A stretch of 64,000 nucleotides of DNA. Source: Escherichia phage AnYang. How positions within the stretch are numbered: position 1 is the stretch's first letter; the number at the start of each line of letters is the position of its first letter. The notes beneath the pieces are model-generated. The model searched no databases. It was not told where the DNA came from and saw only the letters and a program-made list of their open reading frames with translations. Below are positions 1 to 10,455 of this stretch, one piece after another. The DNA lies in sequence record MK234886. One strand, 5' to 3'. Made by a program: the position numbers and the translations under genes.

Positions 1-181
1 CAAAGGATTGAGACGTAAATCCAGGTTCTGGCCACTTTTTAATACCGTAGTTCAAACGACGAGTATAAGCCATATGATATACACGTTTCAGAAGCTCGTT
101 ATCCTTTTCACGAGCAATAATAGCTTCTTTAGCTTTAGTAGAATCAATAGCAGCAATTTCGTTTAAAATATCTAAAATCAT
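1..181 (-). CDS. 30: DNA ligase (gene 30), N-terminal fragment; ORF continues beyond window start
   Basis: Manual minus-strand translation MILDILNEIAAIDSTKAKEAIIAREKDNELLKRVYHMAYTRRLNYGIKKWPEPG matches the remembered T4 DNA ligase N-terminus; ATG at 181 preceded by GAGGTGA. Confidence 0.8.
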   Translation of the reverse strand, partial: MILDILNEIAAIDSTKAKEAIIAREKDNELLKRVYHMAYTRRLNYGIKKWPEPGFTSQSF

Positions 182-191
182 AATCACCTCA

Positions 192-470
192 TTAGTCATG
201 GATTCTATTATAAGCCACATCAGCCAAAAGCAAGTCTAATCGCTTATGATAAGAGAACACAAATCTCATTCGCCCGTCGGATTTGAACTTGGACATAAAG
301 TGGACATAAATGAATCCCTGTTCGACGCATTCACGCCAAACAGGATGGTCTTTAGCCGGATTTACATCAAATGAGTAATTATGATTCACATGACGAATAA
401 ACTGGTTTACATGACCATAATCCATTGTAGTGGTAGGACCATAGTCTGAAATTGTATGAACTACAAACAT
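192..470 (-). CDS. hypothetical protein; start moved to internal ATG at 470
   Basis: ORF track 192..521; the ATG at 470 lies just past the upstream stop (TAATATG junction), suggesting translational coupling. Confidence 0.35.
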   Translation of the reverse strand: MFVVHTISDYGPTTTMDYGHVNQFIRHVNHNYSFDVNPAKDHPVWRECVEQGFIYVHFMSKFKSDGRMRFVFSYHKRLDLLLADVAYNRIHD

Positions 471-471
471 A

Positions 472-1110
472 TTAACCTCGAGCAATCCATTCAACTGCGG
501 CATTATTACGAAGGGATTCAATTGCTGCGATATCGTCCCATGAATTAACCTTTACGGCCAAATTAGGTTTAAAGTCGCGTTCACCACGAGCTAACCAATA
601 AACTTGGATATCCATGAGAACATTAGATGCGGCATCACAGTGGTGAGCCAAATCATCAACATAAAACTTAATACGTTTACCGTACGTATTTTTAGCTCTT
701 ATGAAGAGGTCTTCTTTTGATTCTGAATGACCGCACATCAGAATCTCCTTGAATGCGCCAGGGAACAAAGCATTCAAATTGAATTGTCTATTCAGCAGAG
801 CATCAATTGAGTCGCCTAGCGCAGTCACGGCTACAAAATCGAAGTCTTTTTTGAGCTTGTTGATATGTTTTAATGCGTCCATGTAAGGAGACAGATAACG
901 AATAAAATCCGACTGATTATATTTCTCGATTAAACGAGCGCCCAATTCATTATCGCAATTAAACAGCTCGCCTGGAGATAAGAAACGTTCGTCCTGAATC
1001 ATATTCAAAATATGTTCTAAAGGCAAATTATATTTCTGTGCGAAATAAGGCAAGCCGGACTGCCAACTTAAACATACTCCATCGATATCTGTTAAGATAA
1101 CTGGTTTCAT
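472..1110 (-). CDS. HAD-superfamily hydrolase-like protein (putative phosphatase/nucleotidase)
   Basis: N-terminal ILTDIDGV (DxDG motif I), later T, K and YVDDL motifs; ATGA overlap with the upstream NADAR-like ORF. Confidence 0.45.
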   Translation of the reverse strand: MKPVILTDIDGVCLSWQSGLPYFAQKYNLPLEHILNMIQDERFLSPGELFNCDNELGARLIEKYNQSDFIRYLSPYMDALKHINKLKKDFDFVAVTALGDSIDALLNRQFNLNALFPGAFKEILMCGHSESKEDLFIRAKNTYGKRIKFYVDDLAHHCDAASNVLMDIQVYWLARGERDFKPNLAVKVNSWDDIAAIESLRNNAAVEWIARG

Positions 1111-1559
1111 AATAAATCTCTCAATTTGTTTAGGATGTCGATAAACTCTTTTTCAGTTAGTATTGTATCACATTCTGTAAGGTGGCTTGCCATCGAATGC
1201 TTTAAAACTTTACCTTTAGTGGATTGTAACGCATCGCGGAATCCTTTGTTCTGGAGCGCTGCTTCAAAATACGCACTTTCGTAAAGCTCTTTCCACGCTG
1301 TGGAGTATCTTGAAAACGGAGTTCCAAGCCAGAACAACGTGCCACGGTCCTGAGCCCTAGCATAAGCTCGTCCAGCTTTTTGCGCGTCCAACCCAGACAT
1401 CTCAAATATACGTCTTTGCTGTTCAACATTTTTCACCTTACACCCTTGGAGGAATCCTTCGAGTCCACCAAATTGGATACCGTCCATAACGAAAGGCCAT
1501 TTGGCAAAGTTACTTAATGCACATGATGGCCATGGGAAGTTGCTTCTGATTTCAATCAT
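1107..1559 (-). CDS. NADAR/YbiA-like (DUF1768) domain protein
   Basis: Motif LSNFAKWPFVMDGIQFGGLEGFLQGCK resembles the FSNFAAWP..DG..E..Q..K core of E. coli YbiA as I recall it; size 150 aa. Confidence 0.5.
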   Translation of the reverse strand: MIEIRSNFPWPSCALSNFAKWPFVMDGIQFGGLEGFLQGCKVKNVEQQRRIFEMSGLDAQKAGRAYARAQDRGTLFWLGTPFSRYSTAWKELYESAYFEAALQNKGFRDALQSTKGKVLKHSMASHLTECDTILTEKEFIDILNKLRDLL

Positions 1560-1750
1560 AGTCTTTTAAGGCTTTTGATAACTTCTAATTCAGACCCAAT
1601 ACGAACATCTTCAGTTCCATCGACCCATAGGACGGTGTAGGCTTCTTTAATAGTAACATTACCTAATTTAAAAGCAGGTAGAACCTTGGAAATCATACCA
1701 GGAATACCTATACCCTTTAATTGGACTGTTTGCGATAAGAATAGTTGCAT
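1556..1750 (-). CDS. hypothetical protein (64 aa)
   Basis: ORF track; start/stop overlaps with both neighbours. Confidence 0.3.
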   Translation of the reverse strand: MQLFLSQTVQLKGIGIPGMISKVLPAFKLGNVTIKEAYTVLWVDGTEDVRIGSELEVIKSLKRL

Positions 1751-2037
1751 TAGAACCTCATCTGAAAGCCGTGCGATTTAACATTGCCACCATAGATGTC
1801 AGAGGTATTGACTTCACGTGCAGCGCTTGGGTCGATATTGATGTCGTGGTTGAGCTTAGTGATTGCTAGGGTATCACGACCATTAACAGTACGGAATTCT
1901 ACAGGGCATACAACATCGGCATAAGCCTTAATAGATTCACGAGTAGGTTGTTTGTCGGCAGGAACGTCTTTACCTGCTTTAGAGAAAACAACTTCACAGA
2001 AATTTTTACGAGTATCGAAATAAGTGGTCATAAACAT
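1750..2037 (-). CDS. hypothetical protein; start moved to ATG at 2037
   Basis: The ORF-track N-terminal extension covers the promoter/SD region; ATG at 2037 follows a GAGGA Shine-Dalgarno. Confidence 0.4.
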   Translation of the reverse strand: MFMTTYFDTRKNFCEVVFSKAGKDVPADKQPTRESIKAYADVVCPVEFRTVNGRDTLAITKLNHDINIDPSAAREVNTSDIYGGNVKSHGFQMRF

Positions 2038-2068
2038 AATATTTTCCTCATCATTAGTTGATAAATCT

Positions 2069-2097
2069 ATAGTATCATGCCTACCGGAGATGTACAC
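2069..2097 (-). promoter_or_regulatory. T4-type early promoter
   Basis: Minus strand: -35 GTGTAC (2092..2097), 17-nt spacer, -10 TACTAT (2069..2074); followed by the conserved leader AGAxCTATCAACTAATGAGGA. Confidence 0.5.
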
Positions 2098-2115
2098 CCT
2101 TTTTTTAAAGATTTA

Positions 2116-2144
2116 GAAACAAAAATGGGACTCCGAAGAGTCCC
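2116..2144 (-). terminator. intrinsic terminator
   Basis: Minus strand: GGGACTC-TTCG-GAGTCCC hairpin followed by ATTTTTGTTT. Confidence 0.7.
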
Positions 2145-2149
2145 ATAAC

Positions 2150-2311
2150 TTATGCCTGAGGCTTACCAAAGCAAGCAGCATCTGCACGCAATACCGCACG
2201 AGCACGAGCTTGAAGCTTATCAACTACCTGATCGATACGCTTGTTGGACGCACGCTTGTAACCAGCGCGTTTAGAGGTACCGTCAACTACTTTAACTTCT
2301 TTCTTAGCCAT
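2150..2311 (-). CDS. small basic protein (53 aa), not in ORF track
   Basis: Manual translation MAKKEVKVVDGTSKRAGYKRASNKRIDQVVDKLQARARAVLRADAACFGKPQA; followed by an intrinsic terminator. Confidence 0.35.
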   Translation of the reverse strand: MAKKEVKVVDGTSKRAGYKRASNKRIDQVVDKLQARARAVLRADAACFGKPQA

Positions 2312-2578
2312 TTTAAATCTCTTAAATTAGAATGCAGGACTTATTGGCGTTGCCTGCGCAAGCCCTCAAGGGGAACATAGGTTTCAAATATTTAACGACA
2401 GGATAACCGTAAACCTCGTCATCATACCGACCACGACTTAGACAGATAACCTTTTTCTGACGCGTGATAGTACAAAATACATTCAAGAGGTACACCGTAA
2501 AATTGTCGGGGCGGTACTTCTAAAATATACCGATTCGTAAATCGGTAATCAGACAATTCGACGGCTCCTCGATTTAAT

Positions 2579-2827
2579 TTACTTCAGGGTAATAATAAAA
2601 TGACGTACTGCTTTACGAGCCGCTGAAGCCAAAGGCTTAGCAAATTTCAGTTCATCTTTAGCTTCCAGTTCAGCAGCCAGAGTAGCCTGAGCCGGATTAA
2701 GATGTTTGAAATAACGCAGGATTTCCAGTGCTTCGGCTTCAACATCAATAGATGCGCCATAGTTTTCGTGACCGTTGTTCCAAGCGTTGCGTTGCAGTTC
2801 AAGAGCGTGATTCAGTTGTTTGTTCAT
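2579..2827 (-). CDS. rIII: rIII lysis-inhibition accessory protein
   Basis: 82 aa, matches my recollection of T4 rIII; lies between gene 31 and the 30.x-like ORFs as in T4. Confidence 0.75.
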   Translation of the reverse strand: MNKQLNHALELQRNAWNNGHENYGASIDVEAEALEILRYFKHLNPAQATLAAELEAKDELKFAKPLASAARKAVRHFIITLK

Positions 2828-2965
2828 TTTAGTTTCTCAATTCGAGATAAAGATTGGCGAGCACGTTCGTCTCAGTATTTCCAGCTGAGTTGTATCTCGC
2901 CGTATGGAAGAGGCTAACCCCATACACCAACCGAAGTTCTGTATGACATCAACCTCTTCGTAATT

Positions 2966-3289
2966 TTATTTATACAAGCAAGGAATTGCTTTATAATGAC
3001 AGGTAACGAATTTTTGTTTAATTTCTTTAGGCTGCTTAATACCTAGAGCAACTAAAGGATGAGGCACGTTAGCAATCTTACCAACAGGAAGTGGAGTCAA
3101 ATCACCTACTTCACAAAAATCTTCAGGGACATCAGGTCCCACAGAATAAATTTCACAAAGTTCAGGGATTTCGCCTTGATGGAGTTTGCCAATAACGATA
3201 CCAGATGCAGTAGTTTCTTCATCACCAGCTTGTTTTGGTTCGGAAACGAGAATAACATATTCTCCGACCGCTTTAATAGGAAGTTCCAT
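2966..3289 (-). CDS. 31: gp31 co-chaperonin (GroES-like) for capsid protein folding
   Basis: [15 protein letters not shown]...[23 protein letters not shown] is near-identical to remembered T4 gp31. Confidence 0.9.
   Translation of the reverse strand: MELPIKAVGEYVILVSEPKQAGDEETTASGIVIGKLHQGEIPELCEIYSVGPDVPEDFCEVGDLTPLPVGKIANVPHPLVALGIKQPKEIKQKFVTCHYKAIPCLYK
2967..2974 (-). promoter_or_regulatory. candidate T4 late promoter upstream of rIII
   Basis: TATAAATA on the minus strand overlapping the 3' end of gene 31. Confidence 0.4.
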
Positions 3290-3347
3290 ATTTAATCCAT
3301 ATTGTTTTGTTGATAGATTAATAATAACACGCTATTCTTAAAGCATA

Positions 3348-3644
3348 TTACAGGACAAGCAGAGTTTCGGTCTGAAGGCCGTTAACAGAAATCAGCTTAT
3401 CGAAACGGAATGAACGCCATTGTTGAAGGTCGACATCAAAAACATATAGAGAATTACGTGGACCCTGTTTACCTGTTTGAGATTTGAAGTCTTCCTTTTT
3501 AGGAAGAAGGTCTAAGTCACGAGTGCATTTAAGACGACGGATATTACCATTAATCTTTTCAAACACCACTTCGTGAGTACCCACAGACAAAATAGTCTTG
3601 ACTTTTTCACGGAGACGAATAGTTTCTTGTTCAGTTAAAATCAT
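3348..3644 (-). CDS. hypothetical protein (31.1-like position)
   Basis: ORF track; synteny between 31 and cd. Confidence 0.4.
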   Translation of the reverse strand: MILTEQETIRLREKVKTILSVGTHEVVFEKINGNIRRLKCTRDLDLLPKKEDFKSQTGKQGPRNSLYVFDVDLQQWRSFRFDKLISVNGLQTETLLVL

Positions 3645-3646
3645 AA

Positions 3647-3880
3647 TTATTCCAGAATAGTTTTGATAGTGGTTGCGTTACGCTCTTTTAGAGCTCTTAA
3701 TAGGTTATGACAATTTTCAAGAATAGGCACCGTTTTGTAGTTCATGTTGGCATAAACCCACTCGGATTTATAGTACGATTTCCAACGAGAGAAAAAGTAC
3801 TTTTTATATTCTACTGAATAGGCTATCAGGTTTTCACCTTTTGAGTTCAGACCTGAAAACTTAACTAAACGAAATTTCAT
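3647..3880 (-). CDS. hypothetical protein (31.2-like position)
   Basis: ORF track; synteny. Confidence 0.4.
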   Translation of the reverse strand: MKFRLVKFSGLNSKGENLIAYSVEYKKYFFSRWKSYYKSEWVYANMNYKTVPILENCHNLLRALKERNATTIKTILE

Positions 3881-4425
3881 TATTCACCACAATAGTTTTG
3901 AATTGATTCCCAGTTCAAAGAACGGAGACCTGTACGGTTATACTGGATAACTTCGATGCCTGATTCACGGAGGATATCGTCCCAACCTTCAGGATTTCGG
4001 TCATAGAGCTCAGCATAAACCAATGTTTTAATTCCTGACTGCGCAATAGACTTAGCACAATCAGCGCACGGAGATAATGTCACGTACATCGTAGCGCCAT
4101 CAATAGAACTTCCGGTACGAGCTGCAAACAAAATAGCATTCAGTTCAGCATGGATTTCATTTTTAGATGACCATGCAGCGTGAGCCATACGGTGTTCTTT
4201 AAGAAGAACGGATTTATGCGACATCCGTGTCGGGTCATACACAACACGAGTCCAGTCCTGTTCCACAGCATGGTCGCAACAGTTAACACCACCAGACGGT
4301 GAACCGTTATAGCCTGTAGAGATAATGCGACCATTCTTTTCGATAACCGCACCCACTTTCCATGAACAACATTTTGATTCTTGAGAAATCAGATATGCAA
4401 TCTGAAGGTATGTGCTTGCTTTCAT
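3880..4425 (-). CDS. cd: dCMP deaminase
   Basis: Cytidine/dCMP deaminase zinc motifs HAELNA and PCADC; 181 aa; T4 cd position. Confidence 0.85.
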   Translation of the reverse strand: MKASTYLQIAYLISQESKCCSWKVGAVIEKNGRIISTGYNGSPSGGVNCCDHAVEQDWTRVVYDPTRMSHKSVLLKEHRMAHAAWSSKNEIHAELNAILFAARTGSSIDGATMYVTLSPCADCAKSIAQSGIKTLVYAELYDRNPEGWDDILRESGIEVIQYNRTGLRSLNWESIQNYCGE

Positions 4426-4796
4426 TACATCACCACTAGATAAGCTGTATTATTGGTTTCGACACGATATAAATCGGTACGAAGTTTAGTGATAGATTTC
4501 ACACGTGAGGTTAATATACTATAACCGTCTGGGAAGCGTTTTTGTTTATCGAAAAATACCGCCGCCGGAATTCGATCACCAATTTCAACCGGAAGAACAG
4601 TAGCCAGCACAGCATCATATGTTGAAGTATGGATGCTTTGGAAATCTTCACTCAGTTTAAAAAGGTCTTTGATGTACTGAGTAGCCTTTTCAGAGAGACC
4701 TCGATGGTCTCCGTCTTCGTCAGAATGTAAGGTGGCATTAACTGCCAGTTTTAAATTAAGCATCAATATACACCCGCTGCGCTTCGACCAAACCAT
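4425..4796 (-). CDS. hypothetical protein (cd.x region)
   Basis: ORF track; true start may be internal. Confidence 0.35.
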   Translation of the reverse strand: MVWSKRSGCILMLNLKLAVNATLHSDEDGDHRGLSEKATQYIKDLFKLSEDFQSIHTSTYDAVLATVLPVEIGDRIPAAVFFDKQKRFPDGYSILTSRVKSITKLRTDLYRVETNNTAYLVVM

Positions 4797-4992
4797 CTGA
4801 ACCGAGTTTCAACTGGGTAATCTGGTCGCCATTTTTAGGATTAACGATAACCAATACCGCACGTGGTGATTCCTGAATTACTCGCAGAGTTGCGTCAGGA
4901 AAACGTATAGAAACCTTATTAATCAGGGCCTGAGCAAATTCTTTAACTTTAACTTGGAATTGCTCTACAGTAATAGGTTGTTCGCTCAGCAT
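4756..4992 (-). CDS. hypothetical protein
   Basis: ORF track. Confidence 0.35.
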   Translation of the reverse strand: MLSEQPITVEQFQVKVKEFAQALINKVSIRFPDATLRVIQESPRAVLVIVNPKNGDQITQLKLGSDGLVEAQRVYIDA

Positions 4993-5546
4993 TAGATTGT
5001 CTCCAACTTAAGTTGTTTGGTAGTGGTAGCTTGGGTAACGTCGCCTTTAACAATATAACACACTTGTTGGAACGAACCGGTCAAAAGCTCTTCAGCCTGT
5101 CGATCCGCTTGTTCCTTTGTGTTATGGCGAGAATGAACTTCAATCTTACCATTTTTAACAATAAGCACTTTCCAATCGGCCGGAGTTTTAATAGGTTTGA
5201 TTTCAGGGTTCTGGAAAACTAACTGCAATTCTTTAGGGTCTACCACTTCAATAAAGTATTCGAATTCATGGCTAAAAAAGCCCGCTGAATTAAAAAGAAC
5301 ACTATTTGCATCATCAGGATTACCTGTCATTTTGCTCGGGTCGACAAACATCATCTCGTCATATACACGAATTCGGCTTACGCGTTCACGCCCATTATGA
5401 TAATCAATTTCAACTTCAAACGGATTCATACCCACATACTTAGCAAAAGCTGTATTGAGGCCATAAGCACCGTTATTAGTGAATTTGTTTTTAGTGTATT
5501 CACCAACGAACTTGTAAAACTTACGCTCTTCAAAGAACTTACTCAT
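4992..5546 (-). CDS. hypothetical protein (184 aa)
   Basis: ORF track; early promoter at 5579..5606 upstream. Confidence 0.45.
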   Translation of the reverse strand: MSKFFEERKFYKFVGEYTKNKFTNNGAYGLNTAFAKYVGMNPFEVEIDYHNGRERVSRIRVYDEMMFVDPSKMTGNPDDANSVLFNSAGFFSHEFEYFIEVVDPKELQLVFQNPEIKPIKTPADWKVLIVKNGKIEVHSRHNTKEQADRQAEELLTGSFQQVCYIVKGDVTQATTTKQLKLETI

Positions 5547-5578
5547 TTCGATTTCCTCATTTGTTTCGGTAAGGTCAT

Positions 5579-5606
5579 CATATCACCGTCCTTGGTGAAA
5601 GTAAAC
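5579..5606 (-). promoter_or_regulatory. T4-type early promoter
   Basis: -35 GTTTAC (5601..5606), -10 GATAAT; flanking short inverted repeat. Confidence 0.45.
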
Positions 5607-5613
5607 ACCTTTT

Positions 5614-5892
5614 TTAAATAGCTTCGACAACTACCGTTTGTTTCTGGAAGTCCATTTTGCATGAAATAGCCAAAATGTGGTTATCAATTTTAAATGGAAC
5701 AATTGCAAATGCTGCACCAGGCGTGAGTTGAACAGTGATTGCATCAACTGCATCTGGGAACATGATTTCCAGAATAGCAGACAAACGACCGTGCACTTTT
5801 AGTTCAGTCGACACGTCGACAGTTTCGTATAGATAATCAGATACAATCTGACTAAAAACTACTTTAACAATTTCAGAATAAGTAGGGAACAT
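5614..5892 (-). CDS. hypothetical protein
   Basis: ORF track. Confidence 0.4.
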   Translation of the reverse strand: MFPTYSEIVKVVFSQIVSDYLYETVDVSTELKVHGRLSAILEIMFPDAVDAITVQLTPGAAFAIVPFKIDNHILAISCKMDFQKQTVVVEAI

Positions 5893-5899
5893 AATTACC

Positions 5900-6107
5900 T
5901 CAGTGTACGGTATGGACCTTCACGTTAACAATAAACCGGTCAACGACTTCAGTCAGAGGAACAAACTCAACATAGTACTCGCCTTTGTAACGTTCATTGA
6001 GGTCATTACGAAGGGCCGCTAGTGAGTTAATGAGGGTAGGAGACATATTCTGACCTACCAGTTTCTGAAGCTCTTTATAAGCTTCTTCTTCAACTTCATG
6101 GTGTTTG

Positions 6108-6115
<8 letters not shown>
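5900..6115 (-). CDS. hypothetical protein; start probably internal ATG at 6115
   Basis: ORF track 5900..6220 overlaps the upstream ORF by about 110 nt; an ATG at 6115 follows its stop. Confidence 0.3.
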
Positions 6116-7509
<1,394 letters not shown>

Positions 7510-7543
7510 AATAATTTCCTCAATTTTTATAATCCGTAGGAGC

Positions 7544-7573
7544 ATTATACTCTGCTCCCAAGAGTTTGTAAAC
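7544..7573 (-). promoter_or_regulatory. T4-type early promoter with stem-loop
   Basis: -35 GTTTAC (7568..7573), 18-nt spacer, -10 TATAAT (7544..7549) inside inverted repeat GGAGCA...TGCTCC. Confidence 0.6.
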
Positions 7574-7676
7574 TACTTTCCAAAAATACCATTCATACAC
7601 AGGCTGAACACGATACCAAAGCAAAAGAATGCAGCGCCAAATCTAACGGCATCCCAACCGCAAACACATGTCTCAA

Positions 7677-7967
7677 TCATTTGCACTTCTCCTCTTTTAG
7701 GCCGGAACGATAATAACATAACATAGATTTCTGGTCTTGTACATATCTTTTTACGTCATTCAACCAAATACGATGTTCTTGGGAATCTTCAAATGGCATT
7801 CCAACCCAAGCTTTACCATCGATTACCTTAACCTGCCATTTAACATTATGTTCGGCGATAGGTTGTGGCCATGAAGGATGCAGTTGTTGCTTAGGCACTA
7901 CAGGGATGTCCTGGGCACATCCAACTAACAAGCCAATAGATAATACTACCACAGATAATTTAATCAT
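7677..7967 (-). CDS. o-spanin (Rz1-like outer-membrane lipoprotein; pseT.2 equivalent)
   Basis: Signal peptide with lipobox LLVGC; immediately downstream of the i-spanin candidate; T4 pseT.2/pseT.3 position. Confidence 0.65.
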   Translation of the reverse strand: MIKLSVVVLSIGLLVGCAQDIPVVPKQQLHPSWPQPIAEHNVKWQVKVIDGKAWVGMPFEDSQEHRIWLNDVKRYVQDQKSMLCYYRSGLKEEKCK

Positions 7968-8317
7968 TCTGTAATGCTCCTGAAGTCTTCTGTAAAGGAA
8001 TCGAAGGACTTGTTGATTTGTTTTTCGACCAGTCCTGGCTTACTTGCCACCACGTGCGCCTTCTTCGAATCTTTACGGAGCTTTTCATTTTCTACCTTAA
8101 TTTTATCCATTCGGGCATTCATTTCAGTAGTACGGAATTCAATATCCGAGTATTGGCCACGAAGGTCATCCACGGCTTCGGCGTTCTGTTTGGCCGTTTG
8201 CTGGGTTGTTTTCAGTTCTTCGGTTAATGTATCAATACGGCTTGATTGATACGAAATAAAACCGTAAGCACCTACTGCAATGGCTCCAGCTAAAAGGTAA
8301 ATACTTAATTTAGACAT
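7964..8317 (-). CDS. i-spanin (Rz-like; pseT.3 equivalent)
   Basis: N-terminal transmembrane helix followed by a charged, coiled-coil-like sequence. Confidence 0.65.
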   Translation of the reverse strand: MSKLSIYLLAGAIAVGAYGFISYQSSRIDTLTEELKTTQQTAKQNAEAVDDLRGQYSDIEFRTTEMNARMDKIKVENEKLRKDSKKAHVVASKPGLVEKQINKSFDSFTEDFRSITE

Positions 8318-8820
8318 TTGGTAATAATCTCGATGATGTCATCACGTGACAGGGAATTAATAAGAACTGTTTTAGGATTTTCACACTGAATTTTATATGT
8401 TTCAAACATAAAACAGAGTTCTTCAGCGGTATGGTAAGGACTTGAAATACCAAGGCGATTAAACTTGTCGCTTAATGGGTCACAAATCAAATAGAAAGTG
8501 ATGCCTGAGATTTTAACATTAGGTTGGCTAATATTAATGAACACCTCGGCATCGTACTTGGAAAGGTTATTTTGGAGAAACTCAACCATAGAGTTGACAG
8601 CTTCAGGCATAGCCTCGCGCTTTTCTTCCGCATAACGGGTAGAGTATTCTTTTTGCTTGATTTTCTTTTTAGCATTTTTAGCTAAAGTAACACGAAGATC
8701 GGTCAGGTAACCTACTGCACGAGAACCTTTAAAAACTTGGATACCGTCAGTAGAGTCACCAAAAGCCTTAACAACCATTTCGTTAGTAATCATCTGCATA
8801 TTCATTTGTTTTCTCCTCAT
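8305..8820 (-). CDS. alc: Alc-like protein (transcription-termination factor on cytosine DNA), by synteny
   Basis: 171 aa ORF between rnlA and the spanins, where T4 has alc; early promoter 8835..8863 upstream. Confidence 0.5.
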   Translation of the reverse strand: MRRKQMNMQMITNEMVVKAFGDSTDGIQVFKGSRAVGYLTDLRVTLAKNAKKKIKQKEYSTRYAEEKREAMPEAVNSMVEFLQNNLSKYDAEVFINISQPNVKISGITFYLICDPLSDKFNRLGISSPYHTAEELCFMFETYKIQCENPKTVLINSLSRDDIIEIITKCLN

Positions 8821-8834
8821 TAGTTGGTAAGTCT

Positions 8835-8863
8835 ATACTAACACATCATGAGGAGATGTAAAC
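8835..8863 (-). promoter_or_regulatory. T4-type early promoter
   Basis: -35 GTTTAC (8858..8863), 17-nt spacer, -10 TAGTAT (8835..8840). Confidence 0.6.
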
Positions 8864-10011
8864 TACTCTACCACAATTTCTTTCAAATATTTTTCAGGGA
8901 TTTGGGCTTTATGGTTTTTCAAGAACACAGAGTTAATCTGGTCTACAACCGTATCATAATTAATACCACCCACGTACGCCTGCATAAGAATAGAGAACAA
9001 CCCTGGGAAATCCTTAAGGATTAGCTGTCCGGTAACGGCGTAGTCTTTACGGTCGCGGCCTTTGAGTTGAGAGTAAGCTGCTTCCAACAAAGCCAATGAT
9101 TGTTCTAGGTAATCTAAATGGGTACGTTCAAAGGCATCGATTTTCTCAATAGCAAACGAATCTGTACTGAACAGACCACGAAGGTCATCAGTTCCACCTG
9201 CCACTACAACTTCAAACAACCGTTCGTTATTGTTAATGGAATCTTTGGTATGATGTAGTGCACTGTACCAGGCGGTTTTGAGTTTAAAGAACGTACCATC
9301 TTTCAGTACAAAGATGAAACCTTCAATACCCTCTTGTTTACGGATGTTTTCTACGAAATCACCCTCAGCGAGCTCATAGCTTTCAACCAAATGCTTACGC
9401 AGCGCGCCGTCCTTAAACAATTCAGCATACGGAATATACTCACCTGTTTCATTATTACGAACGTTCAACAGGATGAGGTTTGTTTCTTGGTAAGCCAGCA
9501 CGATACGGTTGGTAGGTGCAACATATTCAAGGTTGCAGGTATACCCAGCTTTGGTGATTTCTTCTAGACGTGCGGCAAAAGCCTCATTCTCAGGGAGACG
9601 AAGGAAACGTAAAGAATCATATACCATCGATGAATGGATAGAGCCTTTAGATTTAACAGAAAGATACTGACGGTCCATGAATGTAGAAATCAGAGAACCA
9701 TCTTCCTTAGCCATTACGAGGTCGATATTTTCTGGCGACAAATCCAGACCGATAGTCAGTGGGTTTTCGTCAAGGTTAAAGAACTTTTGCATAGGACGAG
9801 CAGCAATACGTACCGGACCGTTCTCGTCCATTTCAAACATAATGCCTCGGCACTCTAGTGCTCCGTCCTCCAACCAATCAGAGTATGATGCATAGTTATA
9901 ACTAAAGATGCGATAGTTGACTCCTAGCGCACTCTGAAAGTCTTTAAAGAAGAACTTAGATTTAGTCGAGTTTTTAACCAGGGCCATCAAGTTATCATAT
10001 AATTCAATCAT
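8863..10011 (-). CDS. rnlA: RNA ligase 1
   Basis: Close match to remembered T4 Rnl1 (YRIFSYNYASYSDWL, ALECRGIMFEM, EDGSL). Confidence 0.85.
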   Translation of the reverse strand: MIELYDNLMALVKNSTKSKFFFKDFQSALGVNYRIFSYNYASYSDWLEDGALECRGIMFEMDENGPVRIAARPMQKFFNLDENPLTIGLDLSPENIDLVMAKEDGSLISTFMDRQYLSVKSKGSIHSSMVYDSLRFLRLPENEAFAARLEEITKAGYTCNLEYVAPTNRIVLAYQETNLILLNVRNNETGEYIPYAELFKDGALRKHLVESYELAEGDFVENIRKQEGIEGFIFVLKDGTFFKLKTAWYSALHHTKDSINNNERLFEVVVAGGTDDLRGLFSTDSFAIEKIDAFERTHLDYLEQSLALLEAAYSQLKGRDRKDYAVTGQLILKDFPGLFSILMQAYVGGINYDTVVDQINSVFLKNHKAQIPEKYLKEIVVE

Positions 10012-10015
10012 TGCT

Positions 10016-10429
10016 TTATCCTTTTAATCGGTGTTGGGTATTCCAAGGTGGATTAAATTTCTTTATGAACATTGGCTCTTCAAGAGACATGGTCTCAACT
10101 GACATAGTTCCAAGTTCGTTAGTCATCGACAGATTAAAGCACTGCCGTGCATAGAACTCTACCTTTTTACCTGCCATTAATGCTTCATGAATCAGAATGG
10201 ACTTAGTCGAATCCGACGTTTGGTCCTTACGATTAATAGCGGTTCGGTAGTAGTTGATGCGCTTACGAAGATTTTTAGTCTTCCCGATGTAGACTAGTAT
10301 ATCATCAACCGCTATAGCATATATGACATTTTGTTTATTTGGTGCTGTGAGTGGAGCAATGCTGGCGTCATCTTGGAGTTCTAGGGTGACGTACTTGATA
10401 AAGCTAAATTCGTCTGCGATTTCTTTCAT
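10016..10429 (-). CDS. denA: endonuclease II (GIY-YIG family)
   Basis: 137 aa with VYIGKTKNLRKRINYY; sits between nrdB and rnlA as in T4. Confidence 0.7.
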   Translation of the reverse strand: MKEIADEFSFIKYVTLELQDDASIAPLTAPNKQNVIYAIAVDDILVYIGKTKNLRKRINYYRTAINRKDQTSDSTKSILIHEALMAGKKVEFYARQCFNLSMTNELGTMSVETMSLEEPMFIKKFNPPWNTQHRLKG

Positions 10430-10455
10430 AGCAATAAGGGGCCGAAGCCCCGTCC

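Noticed and set aside
2314-2578. tRNA gene in the non-coding gap
   Set aside because: No cloverleaf with acceptor stem and anticodon arm could be folded by eye; T4 tRNAs lie elsewhere in the genome.
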